From positions 3,392,001 to 3,456,000 of the forward strand of contig OZ242296.1 in the NCBI GenBank assembly GCA_965207735.1: a stretch of 64,000 nucleotides of DNA. Reading direction: 5' to 3'. Both the position numbers and the translations under genes were made by a program. Source of the DNA: Candidatus Versatilivorator sp. GTDB taxonomy: Bacteria > Acidobacteriota > Terriglobia > Versatilivoradales > Versatilivoraceae. This document shows positions 47,506 through 57,502 of the stretch, piece by piece. Each line of letters opens with the position of its first letter. The stretch's first letter is position 1. The notes under the pieces are model-generated. The model saw only the letters and a program-made list of their open reading frames with translations. It did not search any database and had not been told where the DNA came from.

Positions 47506-48537
47506 GTGAGAAAGACCCTTCAGCTTCCGCGTTTGGAGCCTTCTGAGGAGTCGGTATTCCTGAACCGCCGCAAGTTCGTGGAGACGGCCCTGCTGGCGGG
47601 TGCGGGCACCTGCCTGTTTCCTTCCTTGGGCTGTGCTCAACCGCCTCCACCTCCGGAAGGCGGCCCCCTGTCTGTTCCCTTCAAGCGGCCGGCGGTGTTC
47701 CCCGCCAAGCGCAACGCCGGTTTCGATCCCCCGAACCTCGAACTGACCGACCGCCTGGTGGCGGCGACCCATAACAATTTCTACGAGTTTCTTCCCAATC
47801 GCGGGGGGCCGGTCTGGATATATACCAGCAGGTTCGAAGTGGAGCCCTGGAAGGTGGAGGTGGGCGGTGAGTGTCACAAACCCCGCACCTTCGATCTGGA
47901 CGACCTGTTCGGATTCGAGCAGGAAGAGCGCGTCTACCGCTTCCGGTGCGTGGAGACCTGGGCCATGAACATCCCCTGGACGGGTTTCCCCCTAAGTAAA
48001 CTGCTCAAGGTCGTCGAGCCCACCGGCAAGGCCCAACACGTCCGCTTCATCACCGCCCAAAGACCCGACCAGATGCCGGGACTCAGTGAAAGGCACTACC
48101 CCTGGCCCTATTATGAGGGCCTGCGACTGGACGAGGCCATGAACGACCTGACCCTGGCGGTGACCGGAGTCTACGGGAAGCCTCTGCTCAAACAGCACGG
48201 ATCACCCGTGCGCATCATCGTGCCCTGGAAATACGGCTACAAGTCCCCCAAGTCCATCGTGAAGATCGAACTGGTCGCCAAGAATCCCGGATCCTTCTGG
48301 TCGGCCAAGCCTTACCAGCACGAATACGGCTACCTGAGCAACGTGAACCCCAATGTTCCCCATCCCCGATGGTCCCAGGAATGGGACTACATGCTGGTCG
48401 CCAATGCGTCACCGCGCCGGGGACCTCGCCGTCCCACTCTCATCTTCAACGGCTATGCCGACCAGGTGGGCCATCTCTATCCGGACGAACCCACCGAACC
48501 CCAGCGCCCCCTGAGACGCGGGCAGACTGCCCGCTGA
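47506..48537 (+). CDS. msrP: Methionine sulfoxide reductase molybdo-subunit MsrP
   Basis: NNFYEF, ERVYRFRCVE.W.M.IPW.GFPL, EGLRLDEAMN, VPWKYGYKS.KSIVKI and NVNP.VPHPRWSQ; Tat motif NRRKF. Confidence 0.92.
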   Translation: MRKTLQLPRLEPSEESVFLNRRKFVETALLAGAGTCLFPSLGCAQPPPPPEGGPLSVPFKRPAVFPAKRNAGFDPPNLELTDRLVAATHNNFYEFLPNRGGPVWIYTSRFEVEPWKVEVGGECHKPRTFDLDDLFGFEQEERVYRFRCVETWAMNIPWTGFPLSKLLKVVEPTGKAQHVRFITAQRPDQMPGLSERHYPWPYYEGLRLDEAMNDLTLAVTGVYGKPLLKQHGSPVRIIVPWKYGYKSPKSIVKIELVAKNPGSFWSAKPYQHEYGYLSNVNPNVPHPRWSQEWDYMLVANASPRRGPRRPTLIFNGYADQVGHLYPDEPTEPQRPLRRGQTAR

Positions 48538-48584
48538 CAGGACGGCTCCCGCCACCTCGCGAAAAAGGCTCATAGGATAAAGAG

Positions 48585-50834
48585 TTACCGCCCCGTCGGA
48601 AGCGCAGGAGGTTCTTTGTCCGTGGTCTCGGCCTCCACGCCCATCTCCGCCAGGAGTCGGTGGGCGCCGTCCAGGTGCTGCATGATCCAGAGGGCGTAGC
48701 GGATGTCCACGTGAATGGACCGGGTGACGGCCGGAATGAAATCCCAGTCGGCCACGATGCTCTCCCAGTTGCCGTCAAACAGCAGCCCCACCAACTCCCC
48801 GCGTCCATTCAAGGTGGGGGAACCCGAGTTGCCTCCGGTCGAGTCCAGGGTGCTCAAGAAATTCACAGGCACCGAATCCAGCGCTTTCACGTAGTAGCTG
48901 CCGAATTCCCGGCCGCCAATCAGCTTGAGCTGTCCGACAGGGGCATTGAAGGGTTCTTGCCCCGTGTCTTTCTCCAGGATGCCTCGCAGGGTGGTGAAGG
49001 GAAGGTAGCGGATTCCATCCTTGGCCGAGTACCCCTTGACCGTGCCGTAGGTAACCCTGAGGGTCGAGTTGGCGTCGGGATAGACGGACTTGCCCAGGCT
49101 CCGGTTATAGGCAATCAGGGCTTCCATGAAGCGCGGCCGCGCCTGGTCGAATCGACCCTGAAGCTCCTTGTCGCGCTCCTCCCGTTCCATGTCGCTGTCG
49201 TAGAGGCTGACGGCCATTCGGATGAAGGGGTCCTGGCTGGTCTCGAAGTCCCGGGGCGCTGCCTTCATCCATGAAATCCGGGTTTCGAGATCTCCCAGTC
49301 GAGTCTGTCCGTACATCTCGTCCAGGCGCCGATCCAGCTCCGCGTCCTGCAACCCGGTCGGTCGGATCCCGAACCAGTCGTCGAAGGCCTGGACGTGCTG
49401 CTCTGCCGGGAGCTTGGCGTAGTTCAGGACAAACTGGCGCCAGCAGGCACGGTCCACCTCCGGGTCGAAGGTCCGATCGATGCGCTTCAGCCTCTCTCGG
49501 ATGCGGACCAGGTCCCGTTCCTGGTATCCGGGCTCCCGCTGCCCGTCGGGTTTCTGATGCTCTCGGCTCAGGCGGTAGAGTCTGCGGGCGGCTCTCAGCA
49601 ACGCCGACCGGCCTCCGAGAAAATCGTAGTAAAGGGCCGCCTCCCGGCCGGACTGCGACTCGGCCACCAGTTTCCCCAAATCGGCGGCGGCGGTCTTCAA
49701 CCTGGACCGCGAGGCCGGACCGGCTTCGATCCAGGACTGCAGCTCCTGCTCCAAGGCCCTTTTTCGCTCCAGGATGTCACTCTTGGCGAAGCCCTCCAGC
49801 ATCCCCCGGTAATTCTTGATGACGTTGTTCAGGCTGGCCTGCAGCGACGCATACTTGAGGGCCTTTTCTTCCCGGCCGGCCACCGCCCGGTCGATGATGT
49901 CGTGCCACTGCCGGAAGGCCCGAATGCGCCGGGGATAGTCCCACTGGATGACCCCTTCCACCTCGCGGGCCAGGCGGTACCGGTTGGTGCGCCCCGGATA
50001 GCCCGCCACCAGGACCAGGTCGCCGGTATCGACGCCCCGGGTGGAGACTCTCAGGTAATGGCGGGGCCGATAGGGAACGTTCTCTTCGGAATAGTCCGCC
50101 GGCTTTCCATCCGGGCGCACGTAGGCGCGAAAGAAGGCATAGTCTCCGGTGTGGCGGGGCCACATCCAGTTGTCGATATCGCCCCCGTACTTGCCGATTG
50201 AAAGTGCAGGGGCATAGACCAGGCGAACGTCCCGGATTTCCAACTGCTTGATCAACTCATACTCCAGCCCGCCGGAGTAGGCGACCACCCGGCATCGATG
50301 GCCCGGGTCCTGCTCGCACTCGGCAACCAGGGCCTTCTGCCGGTCTTCGATGGCCTGATACCGTTCCCGCCCGCCGGCTCTCTGGGGAACCGCCGCCAAA
50401 ACCGACCGGGTGACATCCTCCACCGAAACCGTGACCAGGACGCGGCTGCCCGGAGCCGCCGCGAGCTCTTGGGACCGGCCGGCAGCCAGAAAGCCCTCCT
50501 CCAGCAGGTTCCGTTCTTCGCTGGAGTTGTGCTGGATGGAGCCGTAAGCACAGTGGTGGTTGGTGATCACCAAGCCCTGGGGCGAAACGAAAGAGGCGGT
50601 ACAGCCGCCCAGCCAGATCACGGCGTTCATGGGATGGCCGGTCAGGTCCGACAGCACCGCGGCGTCCACCTCGGAATTCAAAGCTCTCAGCTTGTCTGAC
50701 AGAGAGGGGAGCTGCCCAGGCCTCCACATGCCTTCCTCTGCCAGGACGATGGAGGGAAATAGCAAGACGGCAAGCAGAACGGGCAGCGCCCAACGCAAGA
50801 GGGATCTGAATCGGCTTACCGGTGTTTCAGTCAT
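48585..50834 (-). CDS. S46 family dipeptidyl peptidase
   Basis: EGMW, GGCTASFVS..GLVITNHHC, DNWMWPRHTGD, PDANSTLR, DSTGGNSGSP and FDGN motifs. Confidence 0.94.
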   Translation of the reverse strand: MTETPVSRFRSLLRWALPVLLAVLLFPSIVLAEEGMWRPGQLPSLSDKLRALNSEVDAAVLSDLTGHPMNAVIWLGGCTASFVSPQGLVITNHHCAYGSIQHNSSEERNLLEEGFLAAGRSQELAAAPGSRVLVTVSVEDVTRSVLAAVPQRAGGRERYQAIEDRQKALVAECEQDPGHRCRVVAYSGGLEYELIKQLEIRDVRLVYAPALSIGKYGGDIDNWMWPRHTGDYAFFRAYVRPDGKPADYSEENVPYRPRHYLRVSTRGVDTGDLVLVAGYPGRTNRYRLAREVEGVIQWDYPRRIRAFRQWHDIIDRAVAGREEKALKYASLQASLNNVIKNYRGMLEGFAKSDILERKRALEQELQSWIEAGPASRSRLKTAAADLGKLVAESQSGREAALYYDFLGGRSALLRAARRLYRLSREHQKPDGQREPGYQERDLVRIRERLKRIDRTFDPEVDRACWRQFVLNYAKLPAEQHVQAFDDWFGIRPTGLQDAELDRRLDEMYGQTRLGDLETRISWMKAAPRDFETSQDPFIRMAVSLYDSDMEREERDKELQGRFDQARPRFMEALIAYNRSLGKSVYPDANSTLRVTYGTVKGYSAKDGIRYLPFTTLRGILEKDTGQEPFNAPVGQLKLIGGREFGSYYVKALDSVPVNFLSTLDSTGGNSGSPTLNGRGELVGLLFDGNWESIVADWDFIPAVTRSIHVDIRYALWIMQHLDGAHRLLAEMGVEAETTDKEPPALPTGR

Positions 50835-50902
50835 GACGGCGATGTCTCAACGTTCTGGCCGGCACTTAAGGAGTATAGGCCGTGGGTAGGGGGAAGTGGT
50901 GG

Positions 50903-51922
50903 TCACGACACCCGGCGCACCATGTGCCGCGCCTGGGTGGGGAGGTCCATCTCCGGACTGGGCCCGTGGCGGCGCATCAGTTCCCAGGCACGGTCGGCCA
51001 CGGACTGCGCGATGTCCATCTGATCCAGGCAAGTCCGGGCTTCATCCAGGAATTTGTGGCATTCGAAGAGGCGGTGGCCGGATTGCCAGACGGTGGGGTC
51101 GCCCCGGCGCTGGTAGCGAAAGTCGGCCGAAACCCGCAATTGAGGCGACCGGTTGGGAAGTCCGCAGTGGATCATGTGGGGGTGAAAAATCAGCACGTCG
51201 CCGGCCCGGTAGTCGGACCGCAGCCAGGTCTTGGGCGAGTCGTCGGGAGCCGCCTCGCCGGCCACCGGGACGGCTCCCATTCGAGCCATCTCCCGGGCCT
51301 GGTCGGGGTTCTGCGGGATCCCCAGGTAATTGGAGCCCCGGTACCAGTGCCGGTGCATGCCCTCTCGATGGGAACGCTTGCGGATGGCCAGTCCGCCGGT
51401 GGCCAGGTCGATGTCCATCAAGGCCACCCAGCAGGTCACGAACGCCACCCGAAAATGGTAGCCGTCCTGGTGGGCCGGAGTGACGTAGTCGAAGTGCTGC
51501 CCCCTGGTCTTGGCGGACGTGAGATCCTGGAAAATGATTCGCACGCGGTCGGCGTTCTCCACCCAACTGAAGACCTCGCCGCCAAACAGGACCTCCAGGA
51601 ACCTGAAGAGTCCCCGGTCTTGGATCACCTCGGTCAGCGAAGACAGGTCGCCGATCATGCGGCCGATGGAACCGCTGGGTGTCAGCTCATTGGATTCCGG
51701 CATCCTGCCCGACCACTTTAGCTCCAGTCGCGGATCGTCGACGGCGAAGCCGTGCCGGATGAGCAGTTGGCGAATATCCGATCGCGCCCGCCCGAGGTTG
51801 TCCCGATCGATCAGTCCCCGAACGAACAGGTATCCCTCCGCCTGCAGGCGTTGGGACAAGGCGGCGTGGTCTCTTGTCGAGGCCTCGACCGCTTCGAGAG
51901 GAGTCAAGGAGAGATCGACCAT
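50903..51922 (-). CDS. Phytanoyl-CoA dioxygenase family Fe/2OG oxygenase
   Basis: TPAHQD, WVAL, GGL....SH, GDVLIFH...IH and LRVSADFRYQ motifs. Confidence 0.87.
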   Translation of the reverse strand: MVDLSLTPLEAVEASTRDHAALSQRLQAEGYLFVRGLIDRDNLGRARSDIRQLLIRHGFAVDDPRLELKWSGRMPESNELTPSGSIGRMIGDLSSLTEVIQDRGLFRFLEVLFGGEVFSWVENADRVRIIFQDLTSAKTRGQHFDYVTPAHQDGYHFRVAFVTCWVALMDIDLATGGLAIRKRSHREGMHRHWYRGSNYLGIPQNPDQAREMARMGAVPVAGEAAPDDSPKTWLRSDYRAGDVLIFHPHMIHCGLPNRSPQLRVSADFRYQRRGDPTVWQSGHRLFECHKFLDEARTCLDQMDIAQSVADRAWELMRRHGPSPEMDLPTQARHMVRRVS

Positions 51923-51990
51923 TGGGGTCCGTGACCTCGCGGCGGCCGGCCGTCAGATCATTGGAGTGCGGCGTCCATCGCCGATTCAAA

Positions 51991-52067
<77 letters not shown>

Positions 52068-52075
52068 TCATTGAA

Positions 52076-52840
52076 TCAGCGGCAAGCCGCGGGTGAAAGG
52101 ATTTCCGCCCAGGACTTCAACTCGGAACTCAACTCCAGGGCGGTCTGGTCGAGCTTGAGCGGTGTGATGGAAACGCAGCCGGAGCGGACAGCCACGTAGT
52201 CGGAGTCCCCGTCGTCCGGCAGGTCGCGCGGCTCCAGCTCCTGGTCCAGCCAGAAGTACTTTCTGCCCCGAGGGTCCCGGCTCTCCACGATCAGGTTGGC
52301 GATCGGACAGGTGTCCTGTCGAGTCACCCGAACTCCCTGCCACCCCCCTGCGGGAACGTTCACGTTCAGGATAAAGCCCGGCGGAAGCGGCTTGTTCAGC
52401 AGTTGCCCCGCCAGATAAGCCGTGAACTGGGCCGCCTCTTCAAAGTCGAAGTCCGCCCGCGTCGCCAGCGAGACGGCTGCCGACTGAATCCCGTGCCTGG
52501 CGCCTTCCATGGCCCCCGCCACCGTACCGGAATAAGCGATGTCATGGCCCAGGTTGGAGCCCCGGTTGATTCCGGAGATCACCAGATCCGGCCTGCTGGG
52601 AAGGATGTGGTTCAGGGCGATGATCACGCAGTCCGCCGGTGTTCCCTCCACCGAGTAGCGATCCACTCCAATCTCTTGGTAGCGGATGGGCCGCCAAAGC
52701 GTCAGGGCCTGACTGGAGGCGCTCCTCTCCCCGTCGGGCGCCACGGTAATGACCTGTCCCAGGTGGGCAAGAGAGCGAGCCAGCGAGGTGATTCCTGCGG
52801 AGTGGATCCCGTCGTCGTTGGTCAGTAAGATTGCAGCCAA
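52076..52840 (-). CDS. surE: 5'/3'-nucleotidase SurE
   Basis: [30 protein letters not shown] and SITPL; TTG start inferred just after the tRNA. Confidence 0.94.
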   Translation of the reverse strand: MAAILLTNDDGIHSAGITSLARSLAHLGQVITVAPDGERSASSQALTLWRPIRYQEIGVDRYSVEGTPADCVIIALNHILPSRPDLVISGINRGSNLGHDIAYSGTVAGAMEGARHGIQSAAVSLATRADFDFEEAAQFTAYLAGQLLNKPLPPGFILNVNVPAGGWQGVRVTRQDTCPIANLIVESRDPRGRKYFWLDQELEPRDLPDDGDSDYVAVRSGCVSITPLKLDQTALELSSELKSWAEILSPAACR

Positions 52841-52860
52841 TGATGGACTCTGAAGAAAAA

Positions 52861-52937
52861 TGGTCGGGACGAGAGGATTTGAACCTCCGACCCCACGCAC
52901 CCCAAGCGTGTGCGCTACCTGGCTGCGCTACGTCCCG
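52861..52937 (-). tRNA. tRNA-Pro (GGG)
   Basis: CGGGACGTAGCGCAGCCAGGTAGCGCACACGCTT-GGG-GTGCGTGGGGTCGGAGGTTCAAATCCTCTCGTCCCGACCA. Confidence 0.97.
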
Positions 52938-52952
52938 AAACCGATTCGGAAT

Positions 52953-53417
52953 CTAACACCTTCGATTCAGGATTGTCAAGATGGCCCGGAGCTCCGACTT
53001 GAGTGTACGGACCCTCTCCGCGGCGCTTTCGGCTGGGGCCGGTGTCGCCTCCGAAGGAGGCCCTCCCGACTCCTCAAGGGGCTCCCGATCGTGCCGGCGC
53101 GGTCCGCCGACAGCAGATCCGGCGGCGAGGGCTTTCCGTGCCCCCGCGATGGTGAACCCCTGGTCGTAGAGGAGGTGCTTGATGGCCAGAACCGTCTCGA
53201 TATCCCGCTTGCGATACATGCGGCGGCCGTTGGGTCCTTTGCCGGGTCTGAGGCGCGGAAACTCCGATTCCCAAAAGCGCAGGACGTAGGGCTCCACCTT
53301 CACCAGCTTCTGCACTTCCCCGATACTGAAAAACAACTTGTCGGGTACTTCGACAGGAGCCTCGGAATCTGCGCTTCCTCGCTGGCGATTCACGAGCTTG
53401 AGAGATCGTTCTGGCAT
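52953..53417 (-). CDS. MerR-family transcriptional regulator
   Basis: [11 protein letters not shown]...[12 protein letters not shown]...GRRMY...[13 protein letters not shown]; familiar merR-tRNA-Pro-surE order. Confidence 0.9.
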   Translation of the reverse strand: MPERSLKLVNRQRGSADSEAPVEVPDKLFFSIGEVQKLVKVEPYVLRFWESEFPRLRPGKGPNGRRMYRKRDIETVLAIKHLLYDQGFTIAGARKALAAGSAVGGPRRHDREPLEESGGPPSEATPAPAESAAERVRTLKSELRAILTILNRRC

Positions 53418-53591
53418 GATCGGGCCGGCAGTCCTTTCGGGCCTGCGCGCTACTGCAACTTTACTTCATTGAGAACAAAACAGGCACTGAGTCACTCTCC
53501 CCAAGAGTCGAAGTCCCGACCCAATGCGGATGTTTCACAATCGAGAGGCGATGCGGCTTGCCCCCGCAGCCGGCGAGGGATGGCTTGACGG

Positions 53592-54914
53592 CTAGCCCAC
53601 CTTTCTTTCCACCTTGTGCTTCAACACCACCGGAGTGCCCACAAACCCGAAGCGCTCTCTGATCCGGTTGACGAGGTATCGCTGAATGGAGGGGTGAAGC
53701 GGCGACTTCCGAGCCGTGAAGAGCACAAAGGTCGGCGGCGAATCGTGCACTTGAGTCATGTATTGCACCCTGACCTGCCGGCTGAAGGGCACGGCCGTGT
53801 CTCGAAGAGCCTCCCGCTGCAGGAACGCATTCAACACCCCGGTTCCGATCCGGGTGCGCCGTGCCTTGAAGACCTGGTCGATCAGCGTGAGCAGCTTGGG
53901 GACGCGCTGGCCGGTGGCGGCCGAGATGAACACCATGGGAGCGTAGGCCAGGAACCGCAGCCTGGAGCGCACCCGCTTTTCGAAGGCCACCATGGTACCA
54001 CTGTCCTTTTGCATCAGATCCCATTTGTTGACCACCAGAATGGCCGAGGTTCCGACCTCCTGCACGTAGCCTGCGATGGCGGAATCCAGCGACGAGGGCG
54101 CCTCGGTGGCGTCCATCATGACCAGGGCCACATCGCAACGCTGTACGCTCTTGCGCGCCACCAGGACGCTGAGCTTTTCAGCCTGAAGAAAGGTCTGAGG
54201 TCTTTTGCGGATGCCGGCCGTGTCCATGAACCGATAGACCTTGCCGTTGCGGGTGGCTCGGGAATCGACGGCATCGCGGGTGGTTCCCGGAATCGGAGAC
54301 ACAATGGTGCGGGTTTCGCCCAGGATGCGATTCAGCAGCGTGGATTTGCCCACGTTGGGCTTGCCCACGATGGCGACCCGAATCTCTCCGGGCGGCAGCC
54401 GCTTGGTGCGGCCCCGCTTGGGGAGGTGTTTGACCACTTCGTCCAGCAGGTCGCCCACGTTCAAGCCATGGACCGCGGAGACTGGGATGACCGCACCCAT
54501 ACCCAGCTCGGAGAATTCCGGAGCCTGGATCCATTGGCCGGCGCTGTCGCATTTGTTCACGGCCACCACCACCGGCTTGGAGCATTCGATCAACAGCTTG
54601 CCCAGGGACCGGTCGAGGGGTGTGAGCCCGGCGCGCCCGTCCACCACCAGCACCAGGACCTGGGCCTTCCGGATGGCCGTCTCGGCTTGCTCGAAAATGA
54701 ATCCCGGCATTGGATCCCGATCCCCCGGGACCATGCCTCCGGTGTCGATGATTTCGAACTGCCGCCCGCCCCACTCGGCCCGGGCCTCCACCCGGTCTCG
54801 GGTCATTCCGGGCTCATTGCCCACCAGGGAACGCCTCTGCCCGCAGATTCTGTTGAACAGGGTGGACTTGCCGACGTTGGGGCGGCCGATAATGGCAACG
54901 GTAGGCTGGCTCAA
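53592..54914 (-). CDS. der: Ribosome biogenesis GTPase Der
   Basis: Two G domains: GRPNVGKSTLFN/DTGG/NKCD and GKPNVGKSTLLN/DTAG/NKWD; KH-like tail. Confidence 0.96.
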   Translation of the reverse strand: MSQPTVAIIGRPNVGKSTLFNRICGQRRSLVGNEPGMTRDRVEARAEWGGRQFEIIDTGGMVPGDRDPMPGFIFEQAETAIRKAQVLVLVVDGRAGLTPLDRSLGKLLIECSKPVVVAVNKCDSAGQWIQAPEFSELGMGAVIPVSAVHGLNVGDLLDEVVKHLPKRGRTKRLPPGEIRVAIVGKPNVGKSTLLNRILGETRTIVSPIPGTTRDAVDSRATRNGKVYRFMDTAGIRKRPQTFLQAEKLSVLVARKSVQRCDVALVMMDATEAPSSLDSAIAGYVQEVGTSAILVVNKWDLMQKDSGTMVAFEKRVRSRLRFLAYAPMVFISAATGQRVPKLLTLIDQVFKARRTRIGTGVLNAFLQREALRDTAVPFSRQVRVQYMTQVHDSPPTFVLFTARKSPLHPSIQRYLVNRIRERFGFVGTPVVLKHKVERKVG

Positions 54915-55007
54915 GGGAATCGCCTCCGGACGATCTCCGAATTTACCTCAGTATACCGCATTAATAAGGGATGCGACCCGTCTCGGACTTCGACTACAAT
55001 TCGGCTG

Positions 55008-55613
55008 ATGGGAGCGTGGCAAGGCTCCCCGATCCGCGATTGGAACGCCTGGAAGATACCGGTTTTGAGCCGAAAGAGCCTTGACATCGGTTGCGGCCGC
55101 TTCAAGCTTCCCGGAAGCATCGGCCTGGACGTGGCGCCCCTGGAAGGGGTGGACGTGGTCCACGATCTGGACCGGTTTCCCTACCCTTTTCCCTCGGACT
55201 CCTTCGATCATGTTCGGATGTCTCACGTGGTCGAACACATCCAGTCCATCGTTCGGACCATGGAGGAGATTCATCGCATTGCCCGCCCGGGAGCCGTGGT
55301 GGAAGTGGTGACGCCCCACTACACCGACACTTCGTCCTGGCAGGATCCCTCCCACCGCTGGCACCTCAACAGCCGGTCCTTCGAGCACTTCGAAGAGACA
55401 TCCCCGACCAACTACTATTCGAAGGCCCGCTTTGCGGTGGAATACTCCGAGGTCAGGCTGCTCAAGCTCTACCGCTATCTGGGCTTCGAGTTCCTGATCA
55501 ACCTGCAGAACCGCAGTCCCCGCTTCCGCTTCCTGAGAAAGTTCTGGGAGCAGTACCTCTGCACCCTGGTCCGGGGAAAGGTCATGTCCTTCCGACTGCG
55601 GGTGCTGAAGTAG
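55008..55613 (+). CDS. Class I SAM-dependent methyltransferase (type 11-like)
   Basis: LDIGCG, DVVHDL..FPYPF, HVVEH and WQDPSH; start uncertain (ATG 55008 or TTG ~55065). Confidence 0.8.
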   Translation: MGAWQGSPIRDWNAWKIPVLSRKSLDIGCGRFKLPGSIGLDVAPLEGVDVVHDLDRFPYPFPSDSFDHVRMSHVVEHIQSIVRTMEEIHRIARPGAVVEVVTPHYTDTSSWQDPSHRWHLNSRSFEHFEETSPTNYYSKARFAVEYSEVRLLKLYRYLGFEFLINLQNRSPRFRFLRKFWEQYLCTLVRGKVMSFRLRVLK

Positions 55614-55629
55614 CCGGTCCGAGTTCCCG

Positions 55630-56325
55630 ATGGCCCGAACCATGAATAAAGAACTGGCAGTAGTACTGGTGAGCGGGGGCATGGACAGCTGCGTCTGTGC
55701 GGCCATGGCTCTTCAGCAGCACGAGGCGGCCTTCCTCCACGTCTCCTACGGTCAGCGTACCGCCCGCCAGGAATTGAGGGCCTTTCAACGCATCGCTGAA
55801 TTTTACGGAATAGAGAGAACGCTGGCGTGCGAGCTGTCCCATCTGGGCCGGATCGGAGGGTCCAGCCTGACCGACGCCGCCATAGCGGTCGAAGAGGCCG
55901 ATCTGGAGAGCCGGGAGATTCCCAGCAGCTATGTGCCCTTCCGCAACGCCCACTTTCTCTCCATTGCGACCTCCTGGGGCGAGGTGCTGGGCGCCCGTTC
56001 CATATTCATCGGAGCCGTCTTCGAGGACAGCTCGGGATACCCGGACTGCCGCCCCGAGTACTACCGGGCCTTCAACCGCCTGATTGAAGCCGGAACCCGC
56101 CCCGAGACCCGCCTGGAGATCCTGACACCGATCATCCGGATGAAAAAGAGTGAAATCGTTGCGGCCGGACTCAGGCTTGGGGCGCCCCTCCATCTGACCT
56201 GGTCTTGCTATCGGGGCGGGGACATCGCCTGCGGGCGGTGCGACAGTTGCGCCCTGCGGAGACGGGGATTTCGGGAAGCCGGCGTGGAGGACCCGACCCC
56301 CTATCATCATACGGAGAAAATCTAG
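55630..56325 (+). CDS. queC: 7-cyano-7-deazaguanine synthase QueC
   Basis: SGGMDS, YGQR, YVPFRN, GYPDCRPEY and TWSCY...CGRCDSC..R. Confidence 0.96.
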   Translation: MARTMNKELAVVLVSGGMDSCVCAAMALQQHEAAFLHVSYGQRTARQELRAFQRIAEFYGIERTLACELSHLGRIGGSSLTDAAIAVEEADLESREIPSSYVPFRNAHFLSIATSWGEVLGARSIFIGAVFEDSSGYPDCRPEYYRAFNRLIEAGTRPETRLEILTPIIRMKKSEIVAAGLRLGAPLHLTWSCYRGGDIACGRCDSCALRRRGFREAGVEDPTPYHHTEKI

Positions 56326-56406
56326 CCCCGGACGGCTTTTTTGCGGTAGAGTTCATCCAAAAGGGAAAGCCTGGGGAACAGGCAGAATCCGTCGCTGGAG
56401 GTTTCC

Positions 56407-57480
56407 ATGAACACAAAGATACGCGCCCTACCGATCTTGGCCATGCTGGCCGTCGCAACCCTGTTGTTGCCGGCTGCCCTTTCGGCCCAGAGCGCCCTCT
56501 CCGGAGAGGTCGTCGGCGAGGATGGAAAGCCCCTGGAAGGGGCCACAATCACCCTGGACCGACTCAAGGTCGAAAAAAACTATAAAGTCACGACCGACAA
56601 GAAAGGGCGCTACTTTATCGGAGGGCTCAGACCGGCCTTCTACAAGGTGGTGCTGGCCATCGACGACCAGCCGGTAGCCCATTACCAGGAGTTCCAGATC
56701 AAGCTGGGAAACGAGAACACGCTGGACTTCGATCTGGCCGAAATCAGAAAGGCGGCCCTGGCCCAGATGACTGACGAGGAAAGAGAGGCCAGGGAGCAGG
56801 AGCGCAAGCGCAGGGAAGCCGCTGAAAAGAAGTTCACCAACATGAAGTCGGCTTTCGACGAGGGGCGAAAGCTTTTCATGGCCAAAAACTATGAGGCAGC
56901 CTCGGTGGCTTTTGGAAGGGCTGCGGAAATCGATCCCAGCCAGCATGTGGTGTTGGGCAACCTCGCCATCTCCTATCAAAGGCTGAGGAAGTATGACCAG
57001 GCCGTCGAGAGCTACCGGAAAGCCATTGCCGCTCTAGCCGACAGACCCGATCCCCTGGCGGAGTCCGAGTATTATTTCAACATCGGCATTGTCTATGGCA
57101 ACCAGGGTGAACCGGAGCTGGCGGTGGAAGCCATGGAAAAGGCGGCCGAACTCGATCCCGGCAGGGCCGGACAGGCCTTTTACAACCTGGGCGTGGTGCT
57201 GAGCAACAGCGGCAAGAACGCGGCGGCCCTGGAGGCATTCAAGAAGGCCGTCGAGGAAGATCCGCGGCACGCCAACGCCCACTACCAGATCGGAATGGGC
57301 CTGGTAGGCATGGCCACATTCACTGCTGACGGCACGACGATTCCCGCGCCGGGCACCGTTGAGGCCTTCGAGAATTACCTGCTGTATGAGCCCGAGGGAA
57401 GGTTTGCCGCACAGGCCAAGGCCATGATCCAAACCCTCTCGGCCAGCGTGCAAACGGAATTCAGCAAGGATGACGAATAG
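56407..57480 (+). CDS. Secreted protein with carboxypeptidase-regulatory-like domain and TPR repeats
   Basis: Signal peptide, G.V...DGKPL.GA.I...TDKKGRY and several TPR helices. Confidence 0.82.
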   Translation: MNTKIRALPILAMLAVATLLLPAALSAQSALSGEVVGEDGKPLEGATITLDRLKVEKNYKVTTDKKGRYFIGGLRPAFYKVVLAIDDQPVAHYQEFQIKLGNENTLDFDLAEIRKAALAQMTDEEREAREQERKRREAAEKKFTNMKSAFDEGRKLFMAKNYEAASVAFGRAAEIDPSQHVVLGNLAISYQRLRKYDQAVESYRKAIAALADRPDPLAESEYYFNIGIVYGNQGEPELAVEAMEKAAELDPGRAGQAFYNLGVVLSNSGKNAAALEAFKKAVEEDPRHANAHYQIGMGLVGMATFTADGTTIPAPGTVEAFENYLLYEPEGRFAAQAKAMIQTLSASVQTEFSKDDE

Positions 57481-57502
57481 TCAGGCGAGGGGGAAACCGG
57501 TC

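Noticed and set aside
53616-55613. 665-aa + strand ORF
   Set aside because: Its first ~1.3 kb is antisense to der; only the 3' part (from ~55008) is a real methyltransferase
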